Source: Candidatus Nomurabacteria bacterium
Lineage (GTDB): Bacteria > Patescibacteriota > Minisyncoccia > Phycocordibacterales > UBA9973
DNA length: 64,000 nucleotides
Assembly: GCA_003155695.1 (NCBI GenBank)
Contig: PMDZ01000008.1
Span: forward strand, 39,362 to 103,361
Direction: 5' to 3'
Shown: positions 9,681 through 20,787 of the stretch, piece after piece
How the letters are laid out: the number at the start of each line of letters is the position of its first letter
Numbering within the stretch: position 1 is the first letter of the stretch
Program-made: the position numbers and the translations under genes
Notes under the pieces: model-generated
Told to the model about the DNA's origin: nothing
What the model saw: only the letters and a program-made list of their open reading frames with translations
Databases searched by the model: none

Positions 9681-11057
9681 ATGAGTTTTTATTTTAAAAA
9701 GCGTTTTTCTTTTGTACTCATTCTTGTACTTGTTTTAGGCGCTTTTGCCTACCATCCACCCCTTATTAAGGCAGATGTAATACTACAGAATGCCCAAGCA
9801 GACAAAGCCAAACTTGAGGCTGAACTGGCCGACCTAGAGCAACAAATTGCCGAAAAACAAAAAGAACTAAACAATCAAAAAGGTCAATCTGTCTCTATTT
9901 CTCGTGATATTTCTATACTTACCTCTCAAATTGCCAAGTCAAAACTAGATATAAAAGCCAAAACTTTAATAATTCAAAAATTAGGCGGCGAAATCACGGC
10001 CAAAAGTAAAACAATAGAAGCCTTATCCGCGAAGATAGAAAGTGAAAAAGAATCATTGGCCCAACTAATAAGGAATGAAAGACAAATAGACGACATATCT
10101 ATCGTATCTTTAATCCTATCTCAAAATAGTATTTCCGGTATTTATGGAGATATAGACACTTTTGCTTCAATAAAAAGAAGCATTCAGGCATCCGTGGATG
10201 AGATTAACGGAGTTAAAACTTTAACCGAATCGGAAAAAAAGAATTTGGAGGATAAGAAGAATCAAGAGACAGATACAAAGTACGCATTGGAAACCGCTAA
10301 AGCCAAAGTAGAATTAAGTGAAGCACAAAAAAAACAGCTTCTCTCTATTAGTAAAAATAAAGAAGCAGAGTACCAAAAAGTTCTGAATGAAAAAGCAAAA
10401 AGACGAACAGAGATCCTTAGTGCCATATTTAATCTTGTCGGCGGGTCAACAAAAATAAATTTTGAAACTGCTCTTGCATACGCAAATGACGCACAAGCAA
10501 AACTGAATATCGATCCGGCATTCTTGCTGGCTATATTAACGCAGGAGAGTAACCTTGGAGCTAATGTCGGGCAATGCTATCTAACAAATATATTAACTGG
10601 GGCGGGAGTTGGTGCTAGGTCCGGTACAGTTTTTCCAAATGTAATGAAACCTATGGGACAAGCAGGAAGAAAAGGTGACATCGACGATTTTATTTCTATT
10701 ACGACATCTCTTGGCCGGGACCCATATAAAACCCTGGTTTCTTGTCCAATTGCCGGAGTTGGTGGATATGGTGGAGCTATGGGACCTGCTCAATTCATTC
10801 CTTCAACATGGTCAGGCTATGAAAGTCGTTTGAAAAATATTTTAGGACATGATGCAGATCCGTGGAATCCAAGAGATGCATTTATTGCCTCAGCTATGAT
10901 GTTGACAGATAAAGGTGCAGTAGGAAATGTTCCAAGTGCGCAAATTCAGGCTGCATGCCTTTACTATGGCACTGGAGGGTCATCGTGTTCGTATGGTAAT
11001 AGTGTAATGAAATTGAAAATTGGAATACAAGCAAATATTGACTTGTTGCAAGAATAA
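9681..11057 (+). CDS. secreted/membrane-anchored coiled-coil protein with C-terminal lytic transglycosylase (SLT-like) domain
   Basis: An N-terminal hydrophobic segment is followed by ~230 aa of heptad-like K/E-rich sequence. The C-terminal domain has the LTQESNLG catalytic E-S motif and GPAQFIPSTW, which resemble SLT family 1. Confidence 0.6.
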   Translation: MSFYFKKRFSFVLILVLVLGAFAYHPPLIKADVILQNAQADKAKLEAELADLEQQIAEKQKELNNQKGQSVSISRDISILTSQIAKSKLDIKAKTLIIQKLGGEITAKSKTIEALSAKIESEKESLAQLIRNERQIDDISIVSLILSQNSISGIYGDIDTFASIKRSIQASVDEINGVKTLTESEKKNLEDKKNQETDTKYALETAKAKVELSEAQKKQLLSISKNKEAEYQKVLNEKAKRRTEILSAIFNLVGGSTKINFETALAYANDAQAKLNIDPAFLLAILTQESNLGANVGQCYLTNILTGAGVGARSGTVFPNVMKPMGQAGRKGDIDDFISITTSLGRDPYKTLVSCPIAGVGGYGGAMGPAQFIPSTWSGYESRLKNILGHDADPWNPRDAFIASAMMLTDKGAVGNVPSAQIQAACLYYGTGGSSCSYGNSVMKLKIGIQANIDLLQE

Positions 11058-11084
11058 TAGAACCATGATAATATAGCGGAACAT

Positions 11085-11303
11085 ATGAAAAAAGATATAC
11101 ATCCAAAATATAATTCAAAGTCTGAAGTTACCTGCGCTTGCGGGGCAACTTTTACTGTTGGCTCAACCATGGATAAAATTAATGTTGAAATCTGTAGTCA
11201 ATGCCACCCTTTCTATACCGGAAATGAAAAAGTTTTGGATACTGCCGGACGCGTAGACCGCTTCAAGAAGCGCGCACTTGCATCGAAAAAAGCAAAGAAA
11301 TAG
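11085..11303 (+). CDS. rpmE: ribosomal protein L31
   Basis: MKKDIHPKY.. and C..C....C zinc-ribbon motifs. 72 aa. Confidence 0.9.
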   Translation: MKKDIHPKYNSKSEVTCACGATFTVGSTMDKINVEICSQCHPFYTGNEKVLDTAGRVDRFKKRALASKKAKK

Positions 11304-11309
11304 TGTACA

Positions 11310-11420
11310 AAAAGCATAAATAGTCTTATCAGAGGGACTTGGGAGCGCGACGGCGCGAGCACGAGGAATTTTTCAGCAGAAAAATATCCGTGCCCTCTGG
11401 GAAGAGCTATTTATGCTTTT
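11310..11420. repeat. copy B of the ~110-bp palindromic intergenic element
   Basis: Outer arms aaaagcataaatag / ctatttatgctttt pair with each other. The internal cagaggga..ccctctgg and the central tttttcagcagaaaaa palindrome also pair. It is ~85% identical to the reverse complement of 3138-3250. Confidence 0.6.
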
Positions 11421-11454
11421 TGTTTTGGCCAAATATCTTCGTAAACTTTATCAA

Positions 11455-11502
11455 TAAAAAAGTCCTCGGATGAGGGAGGACGAGGAGCCAGACATTTTTT
11501 CT
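11455..11502 (+). repeat. hairpin motif copy 1 (core GTCCTCGGATGAGGGAGGACGAGGAGCCAGAC flanked by A6/T6 outer stem)
   Basis: One of four near-identical cores in the window. Located ~45 nt upstream of the prfA ATG. Confidence 0.7.
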
Positions 11503-11542
11503 TGAAAAAGTTTATTACGATATATATGTTATAATTTATTAT

Positions 11543-12514
11543 ATGACTTTTGATTTAGAACAATTAAAGAAAGACCACAAAACCAGTTACTTCGCTCTTG
11601 AATACGAAAGGCTTTTGGGTGAGGAAAAAAAGGTCAATGACATGGTTAGCGAGGATGAAAGTTTGAGAGAATTGGCCGATGAAGAACTGCAAAATATCAT
11701 TTCTCAAAAAGAAGCCATTGAAAGACAACTTGAAGAAATGATAAAGAAGGAAGATGAGGAAGAAGAATTCCCGAACGAAATAATCTTGGAAGTTCGCGCA
11801 GGAGCCGGAGGTGATGAAGCTTCTCTTTTCGCTTGGGAACTGGCCCACATGTACGAAAGATATGCCGAGAAGCAAAAGTGGAATTGGAAAGTCATCGATG
11901 ATTCGTCAAATGATGTTGGTGGTTACAAAGAAGCGACATTCGAAATAAAAGGCAAGGATTGTTATAAAGCTCTCCGCTATGAGACAGGAGTTCATCGTGT
12001 CCAGCGTGTCCCGTCAACCGAAAAGAACGGTCGTATCCATACCTCAACTGCATCGGTTGCCATTCTGCCACTTCGCAAAAAGACCAAAATTGTCATCAAT
12101 CCGGCCGACCTGGAAATCGAGTATTCACGTTCAGGCGGAGCCGGCGGGCAAAATGTCAACAAAGTTGAAACTGCTGTTCGGCTGATTCACAAACCGACAG
12201 GAATTGATGTTCGCTGTACAACAGAAAGAAAACAACTGGCCAACCGTGAAAAAGCCATGATGATTCTTGTTGCCAAATTGCAGTTATTGCAAGACGAAGA
12301 AGAAGCCAGTAAATATTCCGCCAATCGCAAAAATCAAATTGGGACAGGAGACAGAAGTGAGAAAATTCGTACCTACAATTTCCCACAAGACCGCATTACC
12401 GACCACCGCATCAAACAATCCTGGTCAAACATTCCGGTCATCATGGACGGCAATATAGATAAAATAATCGACGCTCTATCTTCCGGTGTTGTTGGAAATG
12501 CTGAAGAAGAATAA
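11543..12514 (+). CDS. prfA: peptide chain release factor 1
   Basis: GGQ motif ([11 protein letters not shown]). The RF1-type tripeptide region [17 protein letters not shown] has PST in the position of P(A/V)T. Linked to rpmE as in many bacteria. Confidence 0.85.
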   Translation: MTFDLEQLKKDHKTSYFALEYERLLGEEKKVNDMVSEDESLRELADEELQNIISQKEAIERQLEEMIKKEDEEEEFPNEIILEVRAGAGGDEASLFAWELAHMYERYAEKQKWNWKVIDDSSNDVGGYKEATFEIKGKDCYKALRYETGVHRVQRVPSTEKNGRIHTSTASVAILPLRKKTKIVINPADLEIEYSRSGGAGGQNVNKVETAVRLIHKPTGIDVRCTTERKQLANREKAMMILVAKLQLLQDEEEASKYSANRKNQIGTGDRSEKIRTYNFPQDRITDHRIKQSWSNIPVIMDGNIDKIIDALSSGVVGNAEEE

Positions 12515-12719
12515 AAGACAAATCTTGGACTTGCTTTATTTTCATGTGTATGTTATAGTTGACGAAGTAGTTAGCTTATGTTTTGGTAGTAGTTTCATTC
12601 TTCGTGTGTTAAACATTGAGGCATGTAAATGAAAATCGAGCTATGCGATTACATTTATTATTTAGTTTTCTTCGATTAGATGATATGAAAGTATCACTAT
12701 GAGAAGCACATTGTCATAT

Positions 12720-13004
12720 ATGGCAAAAAAGTTATATGTTGGTGGTCTTCCTTACAAGACTACAAACGATGAGCTTAAAGCTCATTTCAGTGCTGCAGGA
12801 GCGGTCGCTTCAGCAACAATTATCATGGATAAAATGACTGGCCGTTCTAAAGGCTTTGGTTTCGTAGAAATGGAAAACGATGCCGACGCAGCAACAGCTA
12901 TCTCAATGTTTGATGGTAAGGATTACGAAGGTCGTAATCTCACAGTAAACGAAGCTCGTCCTATGGAAGAGCGCCCACAAGGCGGTTTCCGAGGAAATAG
13001 ATAA
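12720..13004 (+). CDS. RRM-type RNA-binding protein
   Basis: RNP2 (LYVGGL) and RNP1 (KGFGFVEM) motifs with a Gly/Arg tail. The ATG at 12720 is preferred over 12699. Confidence 0.75.
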   Translation: MAKKLYVGGLPYKTTNDELKAHFSAAGAVASATIIMDKMTGRSKGFGFVEMENDADAATAISMFDGKDYEGRNLTVNEARPMEERPQGGFRGNR

Positions 13005-13020
13005 TTCAATTACTTTAACA

Positions 13021-13052
13021 AAAAATCCCCACTCGAAAGAGGGGGATTTTTT
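13021..13052 (+). terminator. terminator after RRM protein gene
   Basis: AAAAATCCCC-loop-GGGGGATTTTTT. Confidence 0.7.
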
Positions 13053-13108
13053 GTGTTGACATATACATATTTATGTTATAACATCATATTAAATTAAAAA
13101 TTATTGCC

Positions 13109-13465
13109 ATGAACGAAAAAATTGTTGAAGCTATCATTGCGTATATTCGCGAAGATATCGCAAACGTATCTAAGGATTATAAAATTATTATCGACGGAAA
13201 ACTATTTTATTTCGTAGAAGATGATTTCGATGATGATTTTATTTCTTTGGGTGAATTTATAAAAAAACACAACAAGCACCATCCTGGAAATAAAATTGAA
13301 GAAAATCCTAAAACTAAAGGAATATACTATGTTTTAACGAACTATTCTTCAGTTCGCATTCTTGATTCCAATCTTGTTTTAAATGGATTTGATAGTTTTT
13401 TCTTTGCAAAAAAATTTGTAACGGTTGGAGGAACCTATGAGATAAAGTTTAAGGAGACAAGCTAA
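13109..13465 (+). CDS. hypothetical protein
   Basis: 118 aa ORF with no recognised motif. A hairpin plus T-run terminator follows at ~13489-13523. Confidence 0.4.
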   Translation: MNEKIVEAIIAYIREDIANVSKDYKIIIDGKLFYFVEDDFDDDFISLGEFIKKHNKHHPGNKIEENPKTKGIYYVLTNYSSVRILDSNLVLNGFDSFFFAKKFVTVGGTYEIKFKETS

Positions 13466-13594
13466 AATTGTCTTCCAAATGTTGACATTAACCCTGGATG
13501 AAATATTCCAGGGTTTATTATTGATATATTAACAATAAGGAATATAATAAGGGGGAGGTTAGTCTATTAGTATAAACACAATTATTCTTTTAAT

Positions 13595-13774
13595 ATGAAA
13601 AGGAGAACGAAACAACTGTTAATTTTTGCTCCTCTCGTTGCAATTTCTTTAGTTACCATTGGCGTAATTAATCTATATAATAAGAGAGTAAAAAGAAAAA
13701 AGGTAGAATCTGATCCATCCATTCCTCCTTTAGAAAAAACTTTAGATGATTTAGGAAATTTAACTAAATCGTAG
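13595..13774 (+). CDS. possible small membrane protein (59 aa)
   Basis: ATG..TAG ORF below the ORF-track cutoff. It encodes MKRRTKQLLIFAPLVAISLVTIGVINLY.., with a single TM helix after a basic N-terminus. Confidence 0.2.
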   Translation: MKRRTKQLLIFAPLVAISLVTIGVINLYNKRVKRKKVESDPSIPPLEKTLDDLGNLTKS

Positions 13775-13973
13775 CTGCATAGACCCGCGCATTATACATT
13801 TTTGCACGGGCTTATTATTTATTTGTTTGCTAAAGCACATTATTTTTGGTATAGTTTGGAGGTAGTTTTGAGAAAAATGAATATTTTGTTATTATAATGC
13901 TTGTGTAGTTGTTGGTCTAAATGTTCAAATCCCGGACACATAAGCATAATTGTTAAATAATTGTTTAGATTAT

Positions 13974-14045
13974 GCGTGTGTAGTTCAGTGGTAGAACGCT
14001 GTCCTGATAAGACAGAGGCCCTTGGTCCGATTCCAAGCACACGCA
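13974..14045 (+). tRNA. tRNA-Ile (anticodon GAU)
   Basis: Hand-folded cloverleaf: acceptor stem GCGTGTG/CACACGC; D-arm GTTC AGTGGTA GAAC; anticodon arm CTGTC CTGATAA GACAG (anticodon GAT); T-arm CTTGG TCCGATT CCAAG; discriminator A. No encoded CCA. A terminator hairpin follows at 14072-14095. Confidence 0.8.
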
Positions 14046-14093
14046 CAGCGTCGCGGTTCAAGCACGCACACAAGGCTTTAAAGCCTTTTATTT

Positions 14094-14363
14094 ATGGAAA
14101 ATAATAATATAAAAGTTCCTTGGTGGAGAGATGGACTTATTAATTTTGCAAAAGTTAGCGCATATATTGCCATACCAATAATAATTGCTCTTTACTTGGG
14201 CAAATATTTGGATAAAAGATTTAATACCAGTCCGTGGATTTTCTTAATTTTAACTTTTGCATCATTCATTATTTCTCTTTTTTTGATTTATACAAATATG
14301 GTAAAATATATTAAAGATTTGGAAGAAAAGGAAAAATCCACCAAAAATGAAATAAAGAAATAA
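14094..14363 (+). CDS. AtpZ/AtpI-like small membrane protein preceding the F0 genes
   Basis: 89 aa with two TM helices, located immediately upstream of atpB. This position is typical of AtpI/AtpZ. Confidence 0.5.
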   Translation: MENNNIKVPWWRDGLINFAKVSAYIAIPIIIALYLGKYLDKRFNTSPWIFLILTFASFIISLFLIYTNMVKYIKDLEEKEKSTKNEIKK

Positions 14364-14366
14364 TTT

Positions 14367-15230
14367 ATGAATACAGAACAAGCGACAACCGAATCCACAT
14401 TATACGCCGAATCAATAGGGCACATTGGGTCATTTACCATAACCAATGCGCTTCTGACAAGCTGGGTAGTTGTTTTCATTATAATAATAATCGCTATTGT
14501 TGTTAAAACTAAACTTAAAAAAATCCCGAAGGGCATCCAAAATATATTTGAAATATTAATCGAAGGAGCCGAAGGTTTATGCGACCAAGTTACCGGCAAT
14601 CGTGCCATTACCAACAAAGCTTTTCCAATCGTTTTTGCTATTTTTGTCTTTGTCCTTTTGAACAATTGGATAGGAATTCTTCCGATTGGAGGGTTTGGGC
14701 TGATACAAATGAGCGAACACGGCAAAATGTTCATACCGTTGTTTAGGAGTGGCACTGCAGATATCAATGGCACACTTCCGCTTGCTATTATGTCGGTTAT
14801 TGGAGCAAATGTATTCGGAATTATCTCAATCGGGGTCTGGAAAACAATCAATAAATATGTTAATCTGAAAGCGCTTGGTAGTATTTTTACCAAGATTAAG
14901 AAGGACCCGGGAATTTTAATGACAGCTCCTATAATGTTTGCTGTCGGAATACTCGAGCTAGTCGGAGAATTTGCGAAAATTGCTTCGTTGTCGTTTCGTC
15001 TCTTTGGAAACGTCTTTGCCGGAGAAGTGCTGCTCGTTTCAATGGGGGCGATTATGGCATACGTTTTACCGACACCATTTTTACTTCTGGAAGTATTCGT
15101 CGGTTTGATACAGGCATTTATTTTTGCCATTTTAACTCTTGTTTACTATACGATTTCAAGTATGGATCATGAGGAGGAACATGACGAAAAAGAAGAACAT
15201 AGTAAAGGAGAGTTAAAGGAAGCACATTAA
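14367..15230 (+). CDS. atpB: F0F1 ATP synthase subunit a
   Basis: LSFRLFGNVFAGEVLL motif containing the conserved Arg. Polytopic membrane protein. Confidence 0.9.
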   Translation: MNTEQATTESTLYAESIGHIGSFTITNALLTSWVVVFIIIIIAIVVKTKLKKIPKGIQNIFEILIEGAEGLCDQVTGNRAITNKAFPIVFAIFVFVLLNNWIGILPIGGFGLIQMSEHGKMFIPLFRSGTADINGTLPLAIMSVIGANVFGIISIGVWKTINKYVNLKALGSIFTKIKKDPGILMTAPIMFAVGILELVGEFAKIASLSFRLFGNVFAGEVLLVSMGAIMAYVLPTPFLLLEVFVGLIQAFIFAILTLVYYTISSMDHEEEHDEKEEHSKGELKEAH

Positions 15231-15252
15231 TTTAAAGGTCAGACATTATTAG

Positions 15253-15492
<240 letters not shown>

Positions 15493-15595
15493 TATTCTGA
15501 AGTTCGGTGTTTCGACTACAATCGGAACATCGCGTTCTGAATATTATTCAGAGAAAATTCTTAATTCGTAATTATTAATTGTTAATTTTTTTAAA

Positions 15596-16087
15596 ATGGA
15601 TTCATTTATATCAACATTTCATATAGATTGGAAAATAATAATCGCTCAGAGCATTAACTTCGTCATTGTTCTTGCAGTTCTATACTTTCTTTTAGTCAAA
15701 CCGCTTAAGAAGTTAATGAGCGAGAGAACGGGTACTATCGAAGGCGGATTGAATGATGCTAAAGCAAACGCCGAACTCTTAGCCAACACCAAAAAAGAAT
15801 ACGACCAAGTTATATCAAATGCTCGCAACGAGGCGCATAACATTTTCCAGGAAGGAAAAAAAGATGCCGAAGCGAAAAAAGCCGAAATGATGGAAAAGGC
15901 CAAGAAAGAAGTCGACAACATGATTATAAATGGTAAAAAGGTCTTGGAATCCGAAAAAACCAAAATAATTGATGAAGCCAAGCAGGAAATCGTCTCTTTA
16001 GTGGTTCTTGCCACGGAAAAATTATTGGAAACACATCCGGACAAGGAGTTTGAAGACAAATCGGTTAATAAGCTGAAGAAAATATAA
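15596..16087 (+). CDS. atpF: F0F1 ATP synthase subunit b
   Basis: N-terminal TM helix followed by a long charged helix. Position in the operon fits subunit b. Confidence 0.8.
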   Translation: MDSFISTFHIDWKIIIAQSINFVIVLAVLYFLLVKPLKKLMSERTGTIEGGLNDAKANAELLANTKKEYDQVISNARNEAHNIFQEGKKDAEAKKAEMMEKAKKEVDNMIINGKKVLESEKTKIIDEAKQEIVSLVVLATEKLLETHPDKEFEDKSVNKLKKI

Positions 16088-16089
16088 GT

Positions 16090-16497
16090 ATGGCCACCAT
16101 TTCAATCAACAATCTAGCCCGTGCAATATACGAATCATCCGAGAAAAAGGATGGGATGGAGCTTGATATTGTTATGAAAAAGGCAGTCAGTCTGATTTCT
16201 AAGAAGCACCTGATGAGTAAATCGAAAGAAATCCTAACACAACTCGAAAAAATTATTGATAAGGATGAGGAAGTAGTCCGGGCAAAGATAAGTTCAAGAA
16301 TCAAGATTGATAAAAAAGTTACGGATGAAATCGATGATTTTATCAGGAAAAGATATAAAGCAAAACATACGGTTCTGGAGTTTGTGGTTGACGAAAAATT
16401 ACTGGGAGGAATCAAAATAGAAGTCGGTGATGAGATAATAGATATGACACTGAAGAATAAAATTAAAAAATTACAAGATTATCTCATAACACAATAA
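16090..16497 (+). CDS. atpH: F0F1 ATP synthase subunit delta (short form, 135 aa)
   Basis: C-terminal LLGGIKIEVGDEIIDMTLKNKI matches the OSCP C-terminus. Position in the operon fits delta. Confidence 0.7.
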   Translation: MATISINNLARAIYESSEKKDGMELDIVMKKAVSLISKKHLMSKSKEILTQLEKIIDKDEEVVRAKISSRIKIDKKVTDEIDDFIRKRYKAKHTVLEFVVDEKLLGGIKIEVGDEIIDMTLKNKIKKLQDYLITQ

Positions 16498-16517
16498 TAA
16501 ATTAATTAGCAAATTAT

Positions 16518-18020
16518 ATGTCAAAAAATTACATTGTAGAAAATTTAAAAAAGCAGATAGGGAGTTTCAAGAGTGATGCCCAAGCCGAGAAAGTCGGACA
16601 TGTTATCGAAGTTTTCGACGGTATAGCCAAGATTTCCGGACTTTCCGATATCAAAGCTTCAGAAATGGTTTCTTTCCCGAATGGCGAAATCGGTGTGACA
16701 CTCAACCTCGAAGAAGATTCAATCGGAGTTATTATTTTGGGCGATTTTTCTAAAATCCACGAAGGCGATGAGGTCAAGGCCATAGGTACTATTCTTTCTG
16801 TTCCGGTATCGGACTTGCAGATAGGACGTGTTTTGAATGCTCTCGGCGAGCCAATCGACGGTAAAGGCGCCATTAAAGCCGTCAAATCTAACCCAATAGA
16901 GAAGGTAGCACCTGGAGTTATTACACGTCTTTCAGTTTCGCAAGCCGTTCAGACAGGTATCAAAGCCATCGATGCTCTTATTCCAATTGGCCGTGGTCAG
17001 CGTGAGCTTATCATTGGCGACCGTCAAACAGGTAAAACTGCCATTGTTATCGACACAATTTTGAACCAAAAAGGACAAGACATGATTTGTATCTACGTTT
17101 CCATTGGTCAGAAGGATTCGAAACTTCGCAAATTGCAAACTCGACTTGAAGAAGGTGGAGCTATGGATTACACCATTATTGTTTCGGCTGGCTCCTCGGA
17201 GAGTGCCGCTTTGTCATACATCGCTCCTTATACCGGAGTTTCGATTGCTGAATATTTTATGGACCAAGGAAAAGATGTTTTGATAATTTATGATGACCTT
17301 TCCAAACACGCTGTCGCTTACCGTGAAATATCACTTTTACTTCGCCGTCCACCGGGTCGTGAAGCTTTCCCTGGAGACGTTTTCTATTTGCACTCCCGTT
17401 TGCTCGAACGCGCTTGCCGAAGAAATAAAGAGTATGGCGGCGGTTCGATTACGGCGTTGCCAATCGTTGAAACTCAATCGGGTGACGTCACGGCTTATAT
17501 TCCGACAAACGTTATTTCAATTACCGACGGACAAATATTCCTTGAAACCGATTTATTCTACAAAGGAATCCGTCCTGCTGTTAATGTCGGACTCTCAGTC
17601 TCGCGTGTCGGTTCGAATGCTCAAATTAAAGCCATGAAGAAAGTTTCCGGAACTCTGAAACTTGACCTTGCTCAATTCCGCGAGCTTGAAGCTTTCGCTC
17701 AATTCGGTTCTGACCTTGATGAAGGAACAAAGAGCCAGCTTGAACGCGGAAAACGCGCCGTCGAAGTCCTCAAGCAACCTCAATACGCTCCGGTTGCGAC
17801 CGAAGACCAAGTTGTCACACTTTATGCTCTGACTAAGGGCTTTATGGATGACGTAGCAATCGATAAAATCAAATCTTTTGAAGAAGGACTGACCGAATAC
17901 GCCCGGAAGAATGCCAAAACATTTTACAAGGAAGTTATTGAGGCAAAAATGTGGACAGACGCAGGAGAACAAGAATTAGTAAAAGTAATAGGCGAGTATA
18001 AGAGCAGTTTCGTTAAGTAA
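16518..18020 (+). CDS. atpA: F0F1 ATP synthase subunit alpha
   Basis: Walker A GDRQTGKT; alpha-type conserved blocks. 500 aa. Confidence 0.95.
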   Translation: MSKNYIVENLKKQIGSFKSDAQAEKVGHVIEVFDGIAKISGLSDIKASEMVSFPNGEIGVTLNLEEDSIGVIILGDFSKIHEGDEVKAIGTILSVPVSDLQIGRVLNALGEPIDGKGAIKAVKSNPIEKVAPGVITRLSVSQAVQTGIKAIDALIPIGRGQRELIIGDRQTGKTAIVIDTILNQKGQDMICIYVSIGQKDSKLRKLQTRLEEGGAMDYTIIVSAGSSESAALSYIAPYTGVSIAEYFMDQGKDVLIIYDDLSKHAVAYREISLLLRRPPGREAFPGDVFYLHSRLLERACRRNKEYGGGSITALPIVETQSGDVTAYIPTNVISITDGQIFLETDLFYKGIRPAVNVGLSVSRVGSNAQIKAMKKVSGTLKLDLAQFRELEAFAQFGSDLDEGTKSQLERGKRAVEVLKQPQYAPVATEDQVVTLYALTKGFMDDVAIDKIKSFEEGLTEYARKNAKTFYKEVIEAKMWTDAGEQELVKVIGEYKSSFVK

Positions 18021-18033
18021 GTTACATCAAAAC

Positions 18034-18095
18034 ATTCTTTTCTTCGGGTCCTCGGATGAGGGAGGACGAGTAGCCAGACCAGCTCAGAAAAGAAC
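18034..18095 (+). repeat. hairpin motif copy 2 (core GTCCTCGGATGAGGGAGGACGAGTAGCCAGAC; outer stem ttcttttcttcgg / cagctcagaaaagaa)
   Basis: Lies between atpA and atpG, ~40 nt upstream of the atpG ATG. Confidence 0.7.
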
Positions 18096-18120
18096 ATTTT
18101 GATTCCGCTAAACATAATAT

Positions 18121-19065
18121 ATGGCGAGCACAAAAGAAATTAAAAGAAGAATAAAGAGTACTAAAAGTACAAAGAAAATCACCAAAGCAATGGAGCTTGT
18201 GGCTGCTTCGAAGATGAAGAAAGCTATTTCACAAACGTTGGCTTCGCGTCTTTATTCGACCTATTCTTGGGATATCCTGACATCGCTTTCCGAAAGACTG
18301 GAAAATATTACTCATAAATTTTTTACCGAAAATACAAATACAAACAAGCATTTGATAGTCCTTATTACTTCCAACCGTGGTCTATGCGGAGGTTACAACT
18401 CCCAAATTATAAAAAAGGCTATTGCAATGATTAAAGAAGAATCAAAATCGGCCGAACCTATTTCAATTGATATTGTTACTGTCGGAAAAAAAGGTGACGG
18501 AGCCATGCGCCGAACCGGTCAGAATATTGTCGCCAGTTTCCTTGAGATGCCGGAAAATGTGAGCTTGCAAGATGTCATTCCGATTTCAAATTATTTTGCC
18601 GATGAGTTTAAAAAAGAAAATTACAACAGAATTTATATCGCTTATACCGATTTCGTTTCGGCTTTGAGTCAGAAGCCGGTAATCAGAAAACTTCTGCCGA
18701 TATCGAAAGTAGAATTGAAGGAAGTCGTTGAACTGAACATAAAGGAAAAGGCTCCCGACAGCCGCGCTTCAATGGACGGTGCGCGGCATGATTTCGCTAA
18801 ATCCGAAACGCCATACTTATTGGAAGGAGAAACGGAAAAATTGCTGGACACATTGGCGGAGAAACTGGTCAGAATGCAAATATATCAGATGTTCCTCGAA
18901 TCAAGCGCATCCGAACAATCATCCAGAATGGTCGCCATGAAAAACGCCAACGAGGCCGCCGAAGAAATGATAAATGACCTGACTCTCGTCTTTAATAAAG
19001 CCAGACAGTCGAACATCACAAAGGAAATCAGTGAAATAAGTGCGGGAATGGCGTCGGTTAGTTAA
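18121..19065 (+). CDS. atpG: F0F1 ATP synthase subunit gamma
   Basis: N-terminal MASTKEIKRRIKSTKSTKKITKAMELVAASKM and a C-terminal gamma helix. 314 aa. Confidence 0.9.
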   Translation: MASTKEIKRRIKSTKSTKKITKAMELVAASKMKKAISQTLASRLYSTYSWDILTSLSERLENITHKFFTENTNTNKHLIVLITSNRGLCGGYNSQIIKKAIAMIKEESKSAEPISIDIVTVGKKGDGAMRRTGQNIVASFLEMPENVSLQDVIPISNYFADEFKKENYNRIYIAYTDFVSALSQKPVIRKLLPISKVELKEVVELNIKEKAPDSRASMDGARHDFAKSETPYLLEGETEKLLDTLAEKLVRMQIYQMFLESSASEQSSRMVAMKNANEAAEEMINDLTLVFNKARQSNITKEISEISAGMASVS

Positions 19066-19110
19066 TTAAAATTATTATCAATATTATAAACAGCTTCACA
19101 AATTATATTC

Positions 19111-20543
<1,433 letters not shown>

Positions 20544-20787
20544 AAAAATACCTGCCCGAAAGCAAGTATTTGATTAAAGTTTATAATCCGTTTAGTTAAT
20601 CTCTTGGCATATACTTAATAAAATTTAAGGATATAACGAGAAGTGAACCGTAGAAAAGAAAGCACAATGAGGCATCAAATATCTGAACACCTATTGTCTG
20701 TGGACTGAAATTCAAAAGAGCATTGTAGTCAAACATATCGCTAGATTTTAGTTAACTCGCTTAGTATAATAATTGGAATAAACATTA

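Noticed and set aside
11310-11420. The ~110-bp palindromic element as SRP (4.5S) RNA or another housekeeping RNA
   Set aside because: Two diverged copies in opposite orientations are not expected for a single-copy essential RNA. The apical region lacks the conserved SRP domain IV GGAA/AGCA arrangement.
11455-11502. Hairpin motif as a hammerhead or other small self-cleaving ribozyme
   Set aside because: GGAUGAG resembles CUGAUGA superficially, but the obligatory GAAA and the three-stem junction with a UH cleavage site are absent. There is no match to twister, pistol or hatchet cores by eye.
14288-15130. 280-aa ORF antisense to atpB; also antisense or overlapping ORFs such as 1512-1901, 16065-16415, 19374-19940, 25974-26321, 48843-49367, 54502-55077
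   Set aside because: They lie fully inside well-supported genes on the opposite strand, have low-complexity or repetitive translations, and have no homology-like motifs. They are typical shadow ORFs.
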